Source of the DNA: a virus
Taxonomy: Duplodnaviria; Caudoviricetes
Length of the DNA: 64,000 nucleotides
Reading direction: 5' to 3' (one strand)
IMG/VR virus record: IMGVR_UViG_3300031992_000011
Shown: piece by piece, positions 49,457-58,500 of the stretch
How the letters are laid out: each line of letters begins with the position of its first letter
How positions within the stretch are numbered: position 1 is the stretch's first letter
The notes under the pieces: generated by a model
The model's database searches: none
What the model was told of the DNA's origin: nothing
Seen by the model: only the letters and a program-made list of their open reading frames with translations
Translations under genes and position numbers: made by a program

Positions 49457-49493
49457 AGCGCACCTTCATGTCAAGAAGGTGCGTTTTTTTTTT
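49457..49493 (+). terminator. intrinsic terminator
   Basis: GCGCACCTTC...GAAGGTGCGT followed by a long T tract. Confidence 0.85.
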
Positions 49494-49536
49494 GTCAGAT
49501 ATTCCCTACTATTTATGGTAAGAAACAACACTTTTT

Positions 49537-49962
49537 ATGGGATACTATATACATTTGTTTGAAACAAAGGCAGCGCATGACGCAGTGTATGACGGTGAAA
49601 ACTACAATGAACCGTGGGTGGCGAGCATTGACGCGACCGGTGACGTGACATACAACAAAAAACGGGAATATGAAGTTGTAGACTATCCTCAGCTGACGAT
49701 ACTGTATAAACCGGGGGAATTTCACTATGACTTGGTGAACACCGGTAACACGAGATTACACATCACCAGAATAGATACAAACGTGAAATATACAGATGAT
49801 TCACCCGATGACCACAATATGAGTATGGAGAACATCTATCTTGACAGCGAGGAAAGAGAAACACGTGGGATTCATGAGGAAACCAAAAGCATCGAGGTTG
49901 AAGTATATGTGGATGGCAACCCGGAGATAATAAACAATGGCACCACTTTTATCGTGCAATAA
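49537..49962 (+). CDS. small stand-alone protein: N-terminal YIHLFET...EPWV...YNK module plus Ig-like domain
   Basis: Has its own TATTTAT (49510) and terminator. NTGNTRLHI is an Ig/DUF1573-like pattern. Confidence 0.65.
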   Translation: MGYYIHLFETKAAHDAVYDGENYNEPWVASIDATGDVTYNKKREYEVVDYPQLTILYKPGEFHYDLVNTGNTRLHITRIDTNVKYTDDSPDDHNMSMENIYLDSEERETRGIHEETKSIEVEVYVDGNPEIINNGTTFIVQ

Positions 49963-50003
49963 CCAAAAAAGAACAAATACACACAAACTGATACGGAAAA
50001 ATT

Positions 50004-50031
50004 AACGCCGGTTGTGAGAACCGGCGTTTTT
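50004..50031. terminator. terminator between convergent genes
   Basis: AACGCCGGTT-gtgag-AACCGGCGTT-TTT. Confidence 0.8.
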
Positions 50032-50047
50032 ATTGTCTCATGTGAAA

Positions 50048-51241
50048 CTATTTCAACACTGCTTTGCGCATTTTCTTTGCAATGTCCGTCTTTTCCCACG
50101 GAAAGTACTCGATCAGGTAGCCGTGTGCGTCGAGACCGAACGGACACCACGATGAATACGAAAGATAACCGCTGACAGACGCAAATCGTTCGATTATCTT
50201 GGCCGGACGCAAGTCCACATTCTCGCGTATCCATTCGAGAAGTTTTGTCTTGACCTCCTCATTGCGGTCAATCTCCACGTCGACCGAAGAAGGCTCGGGA
50301 ACACCTATGGTATAGGACAGAGTGACCTTTGCAGTGTCCGCAATCCCGGATTCGACAATGTTCTTCGCCAGATAACGCGCCATGTATGCGCCTGAGCGGT
50401 CGACTTTCGTCAGATCCTTGCCGGAGAAAGCGCCTCCGCCAACGTTACAGTAACCGCCATAGTGGTCGACGACAATTTTGCGTCCGGTCACGCCACAGTC
50501 AGACACGCTTCCGCCGATGTTCCATGTTCCACAAGGGTTCACATCTATGATGATGTCCTTGCCGGCGATATATCGTGAGAAAACGTCATTGTCCATTCTC
50601 ATGTGGTTTCCTTTGATTTGGTTCAACACCTCGGCACGTACGTCAGAGAGCGGACACTGGTGCATTGTCGAGACGAGGATTCTCTCCACGCTGGCATTGC
50701 CATCATCGTCATACCATACGGTGACCTGTGTCTTCGTGTCCGGTCCGATTTTGTATCCCCACAGCGAAGAAACACGTTGGCATATATGTGTGGCGATATA
50801 CATTCCGAGAGGCATCCGTACGGGTGTCTCGGAGCATGCGTATCCGACCATGAAGCCTTGATCGCCTGCGCCGATGTCACCGTTCTCCTTGTCGACACCG
50901 CTGTGTATCTCGCTGGACTGCTTGCCGATAAGGTTGATCACCTTGATGTTGTCAGGGGCGAGGTTGTGGTTGGAAGGGTACATGCTGACACCGTCGAAGT
51001 TGCCGGCAAACGCGTCCCTGACGATGTTGTCGACGTCCACCTTGGCGCTTGAGTGGACCTCGCCTCCAAGCACGACAATATTGTCCTTGACCATAGTTTC
51101 GATGCCGCATCTCGCATAAGGATCCTTTCTCACATAAGCATCCACGAGGTTGTCGCTGATCCAGTCAGCCATCTTGTCCGGATGTCCTTCACTCACACAT
51201 TCACATACAACATACTTTCCTTTAATCTTTTCCATTGTCAT
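50048..51241 (-). CDS. metK: S-adenosylmethionine synthetase
   Basis: E.VSEGHPDK, GAGDQG, D.G.TGRKI.VD.YGG and GGGAFSGKD.TKVDRS. Confidence 0.97.
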   Translation of the reverse strand: MTMEKIKGKYVVCECVSEGHPDKMADWISDNLVDAYVRKDPYARCGIETMVKDNIVVLGGEVHSSAKVDVDNIVRDAFAGNFDGVSMYPSNHNLAPDNIKVINLIGKQSSEIHSGVDKENGDIGAGDQGFMVGYACSETPVRMPLGMYIATHICQRVSSLWGYKIGPDTKTQVTVWYDDDGNASVERILVSTMHQCPLSDVRAEVLNQIKGNHMRMDNDVFSRYIAGKDIIIDVNPCGTWNIGGSVSDCGVTGRKIVVDHYGGYCNVGGGAFSGKDLTKVDRSGAYMARYLAKNIVESGIADTAKVTLSYTIGVPEPSSVDVEIDRNEEVKTKLLEWIRENVDLRPAKIIERFASVSGYLSYSSWCPFGLDAHGYLIEYFPWEKTDIAKKMRKAVLK

Positions 51242-51385
51242 TAATTGTTTGTTTTTTCCGTGAAGGTAAGATGTAATTTCCTAATATACAAATAAATTTT
51301 GTTAAAAAAACAAAAACTACCATTTTTGGTGGTTGTTGAAAGAAAAGTTTTCCGACACCTATTTTTAGATATAAAAGGGAAATAG

Positions 51386-51670
51386 ATGGCATGCAATTGC
51401 AAGAAGAGGTATGACGACATGGCGGCCGCCGTCGGTCAGGACGACAAGCAAACAACGGAAGAATGGACATTATTCGGTGTCGCGAGAAGCGTGGGCATGT
51501 TTTTCGGGCAGATACTGTTCGGAATAATCGCATTCATCGTAATTATAGTAATGGCGGTGCCATTCTTCTGTTATCTAATCGTAGCATTGACCACCGGTCG
51601 CGAACTTACGGTTGGCCTGAAGAGAAACAAGAGGATAAAATTTAGTCTTAACAAGAGGAACAAGAAATGA
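51386..51670 (+). CDS. small membrane protein (MACNCK N-terminus)
   Basis: Long hydrophobic segment and basic tail, with ATGA overlap into the next gene. Confidence 0.75.
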   Translation: MACNCKKRYDDMAAAVGQDDKQTTEEWTLFGVARSVGMFFGQILFGIIAFIVIIVMAVPFFCYLIVALTTGRELTVGLKRNKRIKFSLNKRNKK

Positions 51671-54600
51671 GCGACAGCCGGTCATACAGGATAAGGACAG
51701 ACATACTGAAGGACGAGAGTTCTTCCGTGCATGTAAATCTCACACAGACATACGACACATTCCAGATACTGTCGGTTGAACTGACACAGAGCAACGCATA
51801 CAAACTGTATCAGTCCGACTACGGCGTACTTGTCGGAAGAATATACGCGAACGGGGGCGTTGGCGTTCCGAACGCTAAGGTCAGCGTGTTCATCGAGGCC
51901 GACGGGAATGACACGCAAACCATGGACACCCTGTACGGGTTCAGCAACACCATGTCAAAGAATGTGGACGGGGTCCGGTACAACCTTCTGCCTGACTATG
52001 TGGACGACGCGTGCCATCAGACTGTCGGAACATTCCCGAACAAGAGATATGTCCTTGACAACGATGACATAATCGAAGTGTTCGAAAAGTACTACAGATA
52101 CACGACGACAACAAACAGCTCAGGCGACTACATGATATTCGGCGTTCCGAAAGGAGGGCAGAGGATACACGTCGATGTGGACCTGTCAGACATCGGCATA
52201 CTTTCACAGCGGCCGAGGGACATGATATACAAGGGGTACGACCCCAACCAGTTCGAGTCACCGAACAAGTTCAAGAAAGACACGAACCTTGGCGCGCTTG
52301 TCCAGATAATCAGCCACGACGCCGGCGTGTACATCCATCCGTTCTGGGGCGACACCAGTGACGAGGGTGAAGATATCGCCATCACCCGTTACGACTTCGA
52401 GATACCATACAGGTTCGAACCGACATGCGTGTTCATGGGAAGCGCCATAACCACGACTGGCGGCGCCGCGATAGGAAAGAACTGCACACCTACGGAGTCG
52501 CTCGGAAGGATGAGGGACATCGTGACAGGCGAGGGCAACATCGAGATGATACGCAAGACCCTTGACGGAAGAATCGAGGAATTCAGCATCAAAGGGAACA
52601 GAAACATAGACGGTGACGGCGTGTGGTGCTATCAGATACCTATGAACCTGGACTACATGACAACCGACGAATACGGAAACCTTGTCCCGACAGACGACCC
52701 TGCGAGGGGAATCCCGACAAGGGCGCGTGTGAGGTTCAGAGTCTCATTGGACGAGTCACCGGCCGACAATACGGCGAGGAAGAGGGCCAGATACCTCATC
52801 CCGAACAACCCCAGGGACAACGAAGACTATCCCGACTTCAGTACAACAAAACAAGTCGATTATGAGTTCGGCACAAACACAAAGGAAGAAAACTTCCGGG
52901 ACCTGTTTTGGAACAATGTGTACACCGTGAAGAGCTACATACCGAGAATACAGAAGTATCTCAGGACGACAGAAAGAAGGCACACCGGGATAAAGCTCGT
53001 GAAGAACCACGGCGACAACAACCCGATGCCGTACAACAACATGAGCATAAAGCTCACGTTCACATACAGACTCCTGTGCGTGTTGGCAAAAGTGTTCGTG
53101 CAACTCATCGTGTTCGTGAACAGACTTATCGGCATACTGTCATTCCCGTTGTGCATACTCGCCGAAACATTCCTCACTATAGCGAAGGGGCTTTGCTTCA
53201 GCATATTAGGAATCAAACCGTTGTGCTGGCTTGGCGCGCCGTTCAAGGCGATAGGAAACCTGTTCTACTCGATGGTGCCTTCATGTGTGAAGATAGACAG
53301 TGAGTTCTGTGGCGACAACATGACACACGCGTACACTTTCTACCCCGGATGCGACTTGGCGAAATGCGCATGGGAGAAGACAAAGAAAAAACATGCGGAG
53401 GACGAGAAGAAGGACGGAAAAACGCCGGAAGAAATGACAACTCCCACTCGCGGAACGGAGGAACTGTACAACTGCATCGAGAACGCGCTCGCCGAAGACA
53501 ACGATGTGACCTCATACAACTTCAGCAACGACTGGATCAACGGAACGCTGTACATGCCAATGTGGTTCAGGTACATCAAACACGCGCACAGAATATTCTT
53601 CGGACTATTCAAGACCAAGGAACGCGACCAGTGGTGCTCAGCGGACAGACCTATGGGCGGACTTCCTAAACTGATAGACGTCTGTTCAATCGGAAGGGGA
53701 GGTTCCACAGTATACCGCAACCACGACGGAAAACGCGAAACGGCGTACTATGTCAGCGGTTCGGTACAGTGCCCAAAGGAGAAAAAGAAGAACGTGTGCC
53801 ACAAGCGGGTCACGTCCGAGTCGCTGGACTACGGTCTGATAGTCGCGAAACAGACCATGTTGGGGCAGACAGTGTACTACTACAAACCGGTCGAATACAG
53901 TAGAGGAAAACTCAAGGTACTGTTCGCGACGGATTTAGTGCTGCTAGGCAGCCTTAACGACTGTGACAGGATCGGAACGCCACAATTCTTCAAGTATATC
54001 GAGAACAGCACGTACATCATGCCGGACACTGTGCTTTCCGCCGAGAATGAGACAAGCGTCACAATGGACAAGGACGGGAAAATGCAGACGACATACGGTT
54101 CAAACAGCGTGAGCGAATCCTCCGGCGCGGACTGGGGAAACAGCAACGGCGACTTGTGCAACAAGGATGACAAATACGGAGAGAAATCAGACGGTGGGCT
54201 TTTCTTCAGCATAGGATGCAGCAGCATAAGGACAACACCTAAGTCATGCGTGAACCTGAGCAGGGTGTGTGAGGCCGGAGTGACACTTGACCATTCGCTT
54301 GAGGTGACGGTAAGCGACGGGGAATATGAGCGCATACCGCCTGACGGATTCATCTCGGATGACGAAGTTTATGGCGAGTCGTGGAGGAGCATGTTTGCCA
54401 CAATGAACGGAAACAGTCTCAAGACGAAGGTAGACATCGGCACAGGGTTCCCTGTGTACGATTTCAGATACCTCCGCGCAGACGCTTTCGACAACTCGCT
54501 ATACTATGAAATGAAGGCAAGACAGACGCAGTGCGGAAAAGTGAATTTCAAAAACAACTACAAGTTGGAGAAATTCAGCGCCGGTTACTACGACTTCAGA

Positions 54601-57600
54601 ATGGGTCTGTCAAATTTCTTTTATGACGACGAGATACACGCGTTTCCGAGATACGAGAACTCATTCTATTTTTATTTCGGGCTCAAGTACGGCAAGACGG
54701 CCATCGACAAGTTCAACAGCCTATATTACTCGCAGTGCACAGATGACACAGAGTACGGCGAGCAGTACACGGTGTTGTCAAAACCGAACAGTTGGTGCTC
54801 TGATATCACGGAAACAGATGTGGACAATGACGGGTATGTCGCCATGGACCTGTCCAAGATGGCAAGTCCGTTGACTGTCACGTTCTCGGGCAGCGACGGC
54901 GCAACCGCGTATAGAGCGGAAATTGCAGAAACAGCGTCAAAATTCTATATCGCGCAAAATCCCATCGACAAACTTGATACACAGGGGTACAAACATGTGA
55001 CATTCAAAATACCGAACACCGACGACACGGTGAACAGCATAAAGAACGGAAGGTACGTGGTGACCATAGAGGACGCGAACGGCGACATCACGCAAACAGT
55101 GTACATACTTGAACCTGAACAGATGAAATTCGACACCGTCGTCAGCGCATTCGAGGACGACGATAATGTCCTACTGTCTACCCACAACAACGACCGGGAC
55201 GAAATTGCGAAGGATAATGTTTCCGTGAATCAGTCACTCACGCCATACACCAGAGACATAGGGGGAACTATATGTGTGAAAGGAATGAGGGATGAGGACG
55301 AGGACGGAAACGTTGAATACGTGTACTCATATGATATCCAAGTAACCACAACCGACGAGGGATTAGGTGGCGGATCAACATCACCAGTACCCATAGCGTC
55401 TGCAAGAGTAGTAAACAAAGTACTCAACACAGACTACTCGACCAAGAACGTACTGCTACCACTACCGGATGGGGACACTGATTACACGGAACCGATTGTG
55501 ATAATTGGCGTGCCAAAACCCGACATAGACTACACGGTCAAAGTGATCAGATTGTGTGATGATGGGTTAGATACTGGTGACATGACCACAATGAATGTCA
55601 CGGTGGAAGGCCCGAGACCGATGAAACTTTACATCAACGATGTCATTGATTATGACGTCATCAAGGATTGGGGGACTGGTGTTGATGTGAAGTGCGGTGA
55701 ACAAGACATTCTGAAATCGAATGAAGGTAATTTCAAAAAATGGGACAAACTTTCCACAGCAGATTATGACTTGAGCGTGCTTGACAGCATAACAGGACTT
55801 GTCGACATGATGGACTCCTATGCTGACATATTTGACGAAGAAACCTTAGAACAGATAAAGGGATACATCAAAACAGGGAAAATTCAATCTACTGAAGAGG
55901 ATGTAAATGACGTAAATGATGTAATAGGCAAAGCAAAAAGCGCTACTCAAGGGATACGCAATAATCTACAAAAACTTGTCACAGGGGAGGAAGCCTCTTT
56001 TAAATGTGATGAAACTCATGAGGACGAAACACAAGATCGAGTAACAGATAAAGATTGGGAAACAACATGCAAGAACTATCACATGGACGACCCCGCCAGC
56101 GTCATAGAATGGATGGAAAGCGACGACGGTAAAGGGAGTTATTGTTTCAAAGGAACTGCGAACTATGAAGGGGAAGAAGAACCGAACGAGGGCGAAAAAG
56201 ACCCGAAACTGTTTTATGTCAACAAAGGCACAGAAGACGAACAAAAATGGTACAGTTATCCGATTGCGACATACTGCGACATCAACGGATACATCACGAA
56301 CACGATATCCATCATAGATGGGCAGATCGCGTCAATGGACGAACTGCTGAACGAGGATGAAGGCATAAAGGCCACAGTGGAAGGGATACGCTCCGATTTC
56401 ATAACCAACATGAAGCGCACATTCTGGAAGATATGCGAGGGAGAGGTAAAGACCTTCGACTTCACTTTGGACACGCAGAACAAAGGCAATTTAGGCGGAA
56501 AGACATATCCGTTCTATGAGGCCGGTTTTCATAACGAGACGACTGACGAGGAAACTGGCGTGAACTATTTGGACGATTTGTACACATGTCCTGACGAGAA
56601 TAAGAGCGTCCAGACGATAGAGAACGTCACCATACCGACCGTGACCTATAAGGACAGCCCTTATTACAGTGGCGGAAGTGATATAGACGGAAGAGACTCA
56701 TACAGCCAGGTAAAGTTTGGAGGCGTAGAAAAGGAACAATATTACATCAGGGCGATAAATCTCCGTCAACGCTCAATACCGCCGGATGATGGCAGCATGA
56801 ATCATCAATACTTCTCATTTCCGCTGTTGGACAAGACGTTCACGAGCGAGTACAACATGTGGTCTTCCATAATCGGGATGCCGAACTATTTCTACGATCC
56901 GGATAACAATGAGAGTCCAAAGCACATATACATGTTCGGGCTTTTTGCCGGATACATACTGAACGGCATGCCGTCAAATGTCGAGGATGGAAACCGCGTA
57001 CCAGAAGGAGAATTGACACAATTCGAGACGCAGTCGTTAGGGTATTTCAACGTGAAACTCGAAACATCTTACGGAGCAAATGAAGATGAGGACACTATGC
57101 CGGTAAAGAGACTGATTACCGGAGGCGATCTTCCACAAGATTTCACTGTCACAATATTCGGGCACCGCATTACGGTCAGTTCAGCAAACGTCGCAACTAT
57201 AACGGAGATGATGAAGTCATACCGTAAATACAAAGGCCACAATTATATACCAATACTTCCGGTGGACGACACGCTCAATCTGAAGGACGGTCTGGAATGT
57301 GAGATAAACGAAGAGATAAATGGCACGATGTCGGTTGGAATCACAGAAACAGAAATAGTGTCTCCGAAAACAAAGGGAAGCATCACGGTCGAAGTTGAAG
57401 GGGTGTATGACGAGAATGTGAAAATCAATTATTATTGGTATCATCTTAATGAGGCCAAGAATTACCCGTTGAGTGGGGTAAAAAAGCAAACGCAAACTGT
57501 CGTGGATATCGGAGACATAGGCATAAGTTCTGTCGAGTTGGAAGAAGGTTCTGTGATACAGTACAGCAGCAACCCTATCGGAGATGATCCAAGAAGTAAA

Positions 57601-58500
57601 TTCTCAATAAAGAAGAATGGCGGAGGTTATGTATATGCCGTCGCTGAGATAAAAGACGGCAACAAAATCAAAAGATGCCTTACACCGCTTTACGACCTCA
57701 ACATACCGACCATATACGGCGAGGTGTACAACCTGTTCATGATAGACACAATAGAGCCAGATGAAGATGCAGGCACGGAAGAAGATTATGAAGGATGCGT
57801 CAAGCGCGCAGCGTTTGCATTGGCCTATGTCGAACTAAGAGAAGGCAACTATGGCAACTCGGACAAGAATAAGGAAAGGACATACCTGAACCATTTCCCG
57901 TCAACCATAGAATTTGAGGCAACGATATATGATGGCGGAAGCGTGAGAGGAAACGCAAGGATGGAAGGTTCAGAGAGTGTCTGTGTCATAGAGGCTTCTG
58001 ACGAGAATGTCAAGGGCATGAGCGAACGGCAGCGCGGGTACCGCGACGGTTTCTGTGGCGGGGACACACATTTCATCGTCACCGACACGACAGGAATGAC
58101 ATACGAAGCCCAATATGTTGACTGCAGCGGGGAGAGAAGGAAGTATAAAGATGGCGGAGGTCAAGCTGACTTGGACAATTGTTCCACTTTAGTGACTGTC
58201 GATTTGATGTACAATGATGACAGAGATGACGAGAGACTTTATTGGCTTTGCGACGAAAGAGACCGGAAAAAAAATCTGCATAGAAACAGAATAAGGATGT
58301 TCAACAAATATGCATCAGATGCCAACGTCTATGAATTTAAAGCGCCTGAAGGATATGAAATTGACGGCGATGGTAGCTATTATTATACAAAGGAAAACGG
58401 CGCACACGTCCAACAACATTTTAATAATATCACCGCTGACAATACAGTAATAATAAGCGGACCTTCGGTCATAAAACTGAACAAATCGACGAATGGATAG
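51667..58500 (+). CDS. giant putative virion (baseplate/tail-associated) protein, 2277 aa
   Basis: N-terminal G...PNAKVSVF...TTTN.SGDYMIFGVP.G beta-sandwich pattern, an internal hydrophobic segment, and location downstream of gp25/gp6. Confidence 0.65.
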   Translation: MSDSRSYRIRTDILKDESSSVHVNLTQTYDTFQILSVELTQSNAYKLYQSDYGVLVGRIYANGGVGVPNAKVSVFIEADGNDTQTMDTLYGFSNTMSKNVDGVRYNLLPDYVDDACHQTVGTFPNKRYVLDNDDIIEVFEKYYRYTTTTNSSGDYMIFGVPKGGQRIHVDVDLSDIGILSQRPRDMIYKGYDPNQFESPNKFKKDTNLGALVQIISHDAGVYIHPFWGDTSDEGEDIAITRYDFEIPYRFEPTCVFMGSAITTTGGAAIGKNCTPTESLGRMRDIVTGEGNIEMIRKTLDGRIEEFSIKGNRNIDGDGVWCYQIPMNLDYMTTDEYGNLVPTDDPARGIPTRARVRFRVSLDESPADNTARKRARYLIPNNPRDNEDYPDFSTTKQVDYEFGTNTKEENFRDLFWNNVYTVKSYIPRIQKYLRTTERRHTGIKLVKNHGDNNPMPYNNMSIKLTFTYRLLCVLAKVFVQLIVFVNRLIGILSFPLCILAETFLTIAKGLCFSILGIKPLCWLGAPFKAIGNLFYSMVPSCVKIDSEFCGDNMTHAYTFYPGCDLAKCAWEKTKKKHAEDEKKDGKTPEEMTTPTRGTEELYNCIENALAEDNDVTSYNFSNDWINGTLYMPMWFRYIKHAHRIFFGLFKTKERDQWCSADRPMGGLPKLIDVCSIGRGGSTVYRNHDGKRETAYYVSGSVQCPKEKKKNVCHKRVTSESLDYGLIVAKQTMLGQTVYYYKPVEYSRGKLKVLFATDLVLLGSLNDCDRIGTPQFFKYIENSTYIMPDTVLSAENETSVTMDKDGKMQTTYGSNSVSESSGADWGNSNGDLCNKDDKYGEKSDGGLFFSIGCSSIRTTPKSCVNLSRVCEAGVTLDHSLEVTVSDGEYERIPPDGFISDDEVYGESWRSMFATMNGNSLKTKVDIGTGFPVYDFRYLRADAFDNSLYYEMKARQTQCGKVNFKNNYKLEKFSAGYYDFRMGLSNFFYDDEIHAFPRYENSFYFYFGLKYGKTAIDKFNSLYYSQCTDDTEYGEQYTVLSKPNSWCSDITETDVDNDGYVAMDLSKMASPLTVTFSGSDGATAYRAEIAETASKFYIAQNPIDKLDTQGYKHVTFKIPNTDDTVNSIKNGRYVVTIEDANGDITQTVYILEPEQMKFDTVVSAFEDDDNVLLSTHNNDRDEIAKDNVSVNQSLTPYTRDIGGTICVKGMRDEDEDGNVEYVYSYDIQVTTTDEGLGGGSTSPVPIASARVVNKVLNTDYSTKNVLLPLPDGDTDYTEPIVIIGVPKPDIDYTVKVIRLCDDGLDTGDMTTMNVTVEGPRPMKLYINDVIDYDVIKDWGTGVDVKCGEQDILKSNEGNFKKWDKLSTADYDLSVLDSITGLVDMMDSYADIFDEETLEQIKGYIKTGKIQSTEEDVNDVNDVIGKAKSATQGIRNNLQKLVTGEEASFKCDETHEDETQDRVTDKDWETTCKNYHMDDPASVIEWMESDDGKGSYCFKGTANYEGEEEPNEGEKDPKLFYVNKGTEDEQKWYSYPIATYCDINGYITNTISIIDGQIASMDELLNEDEGIKATVEGIRSDFITNMKRTFWKICEGEVKTFDFTLDTQNKGNLGGKTYPFYEAGFHNETTDEETGVNYLDDLYTCPDENKSVQTIENVTIPTVTYKDSPYYSGGSDIDGRDSYSQVKFGGVEKEQYYIRAINLRQRSIPPDDGSMNHQYFSFPLLDKTFTSEYNMWSSIIGMPNYFYDPDNNESPKHIYMFGLFAGYILNGMPSNVEDGNRVPEGELTQFETQSLGYFNVKLETSYGANEDEDTMPVKRLITGGDLPQDFTVTIFGHRITVSSANVATITEMMKSYRKYKGHNYIPILPVDDTLNLKDGLECEINEEINGTMSVGITETEIVSPKTKGSITVEVEGVYDENVKINYYWYHLNEAKNYPLSGVKKQTQTVVDIGDIGISSVELEEGSVIQYSSNPIGDDPRSKFSIKKNGGGYVYAVAEIKDGNKIKRCLTPLYDLNIPTIYGEVYNLFMIDTIEPDEDAGTEEDYEGCVKRAAFALAYVELREGNYGNSDKNKERTYLNHFPSTIEFEATIYDGGSVRGNARMEGSESVCVIEASDENVKGMSERQRGYRDGFCGGDTHFIVTDTTGMTYEAQYVDCSGERRKYKDGGGQADLDNCSTLVTVDLMYNDDRDDERLYWLCDERDRKKNLHRNRIRMFNKYASDANVYEFKAPEGYEIDGDGSYYYTKENGAHVQQHFNNITADNTVIISGPSVIKLNKSTNG

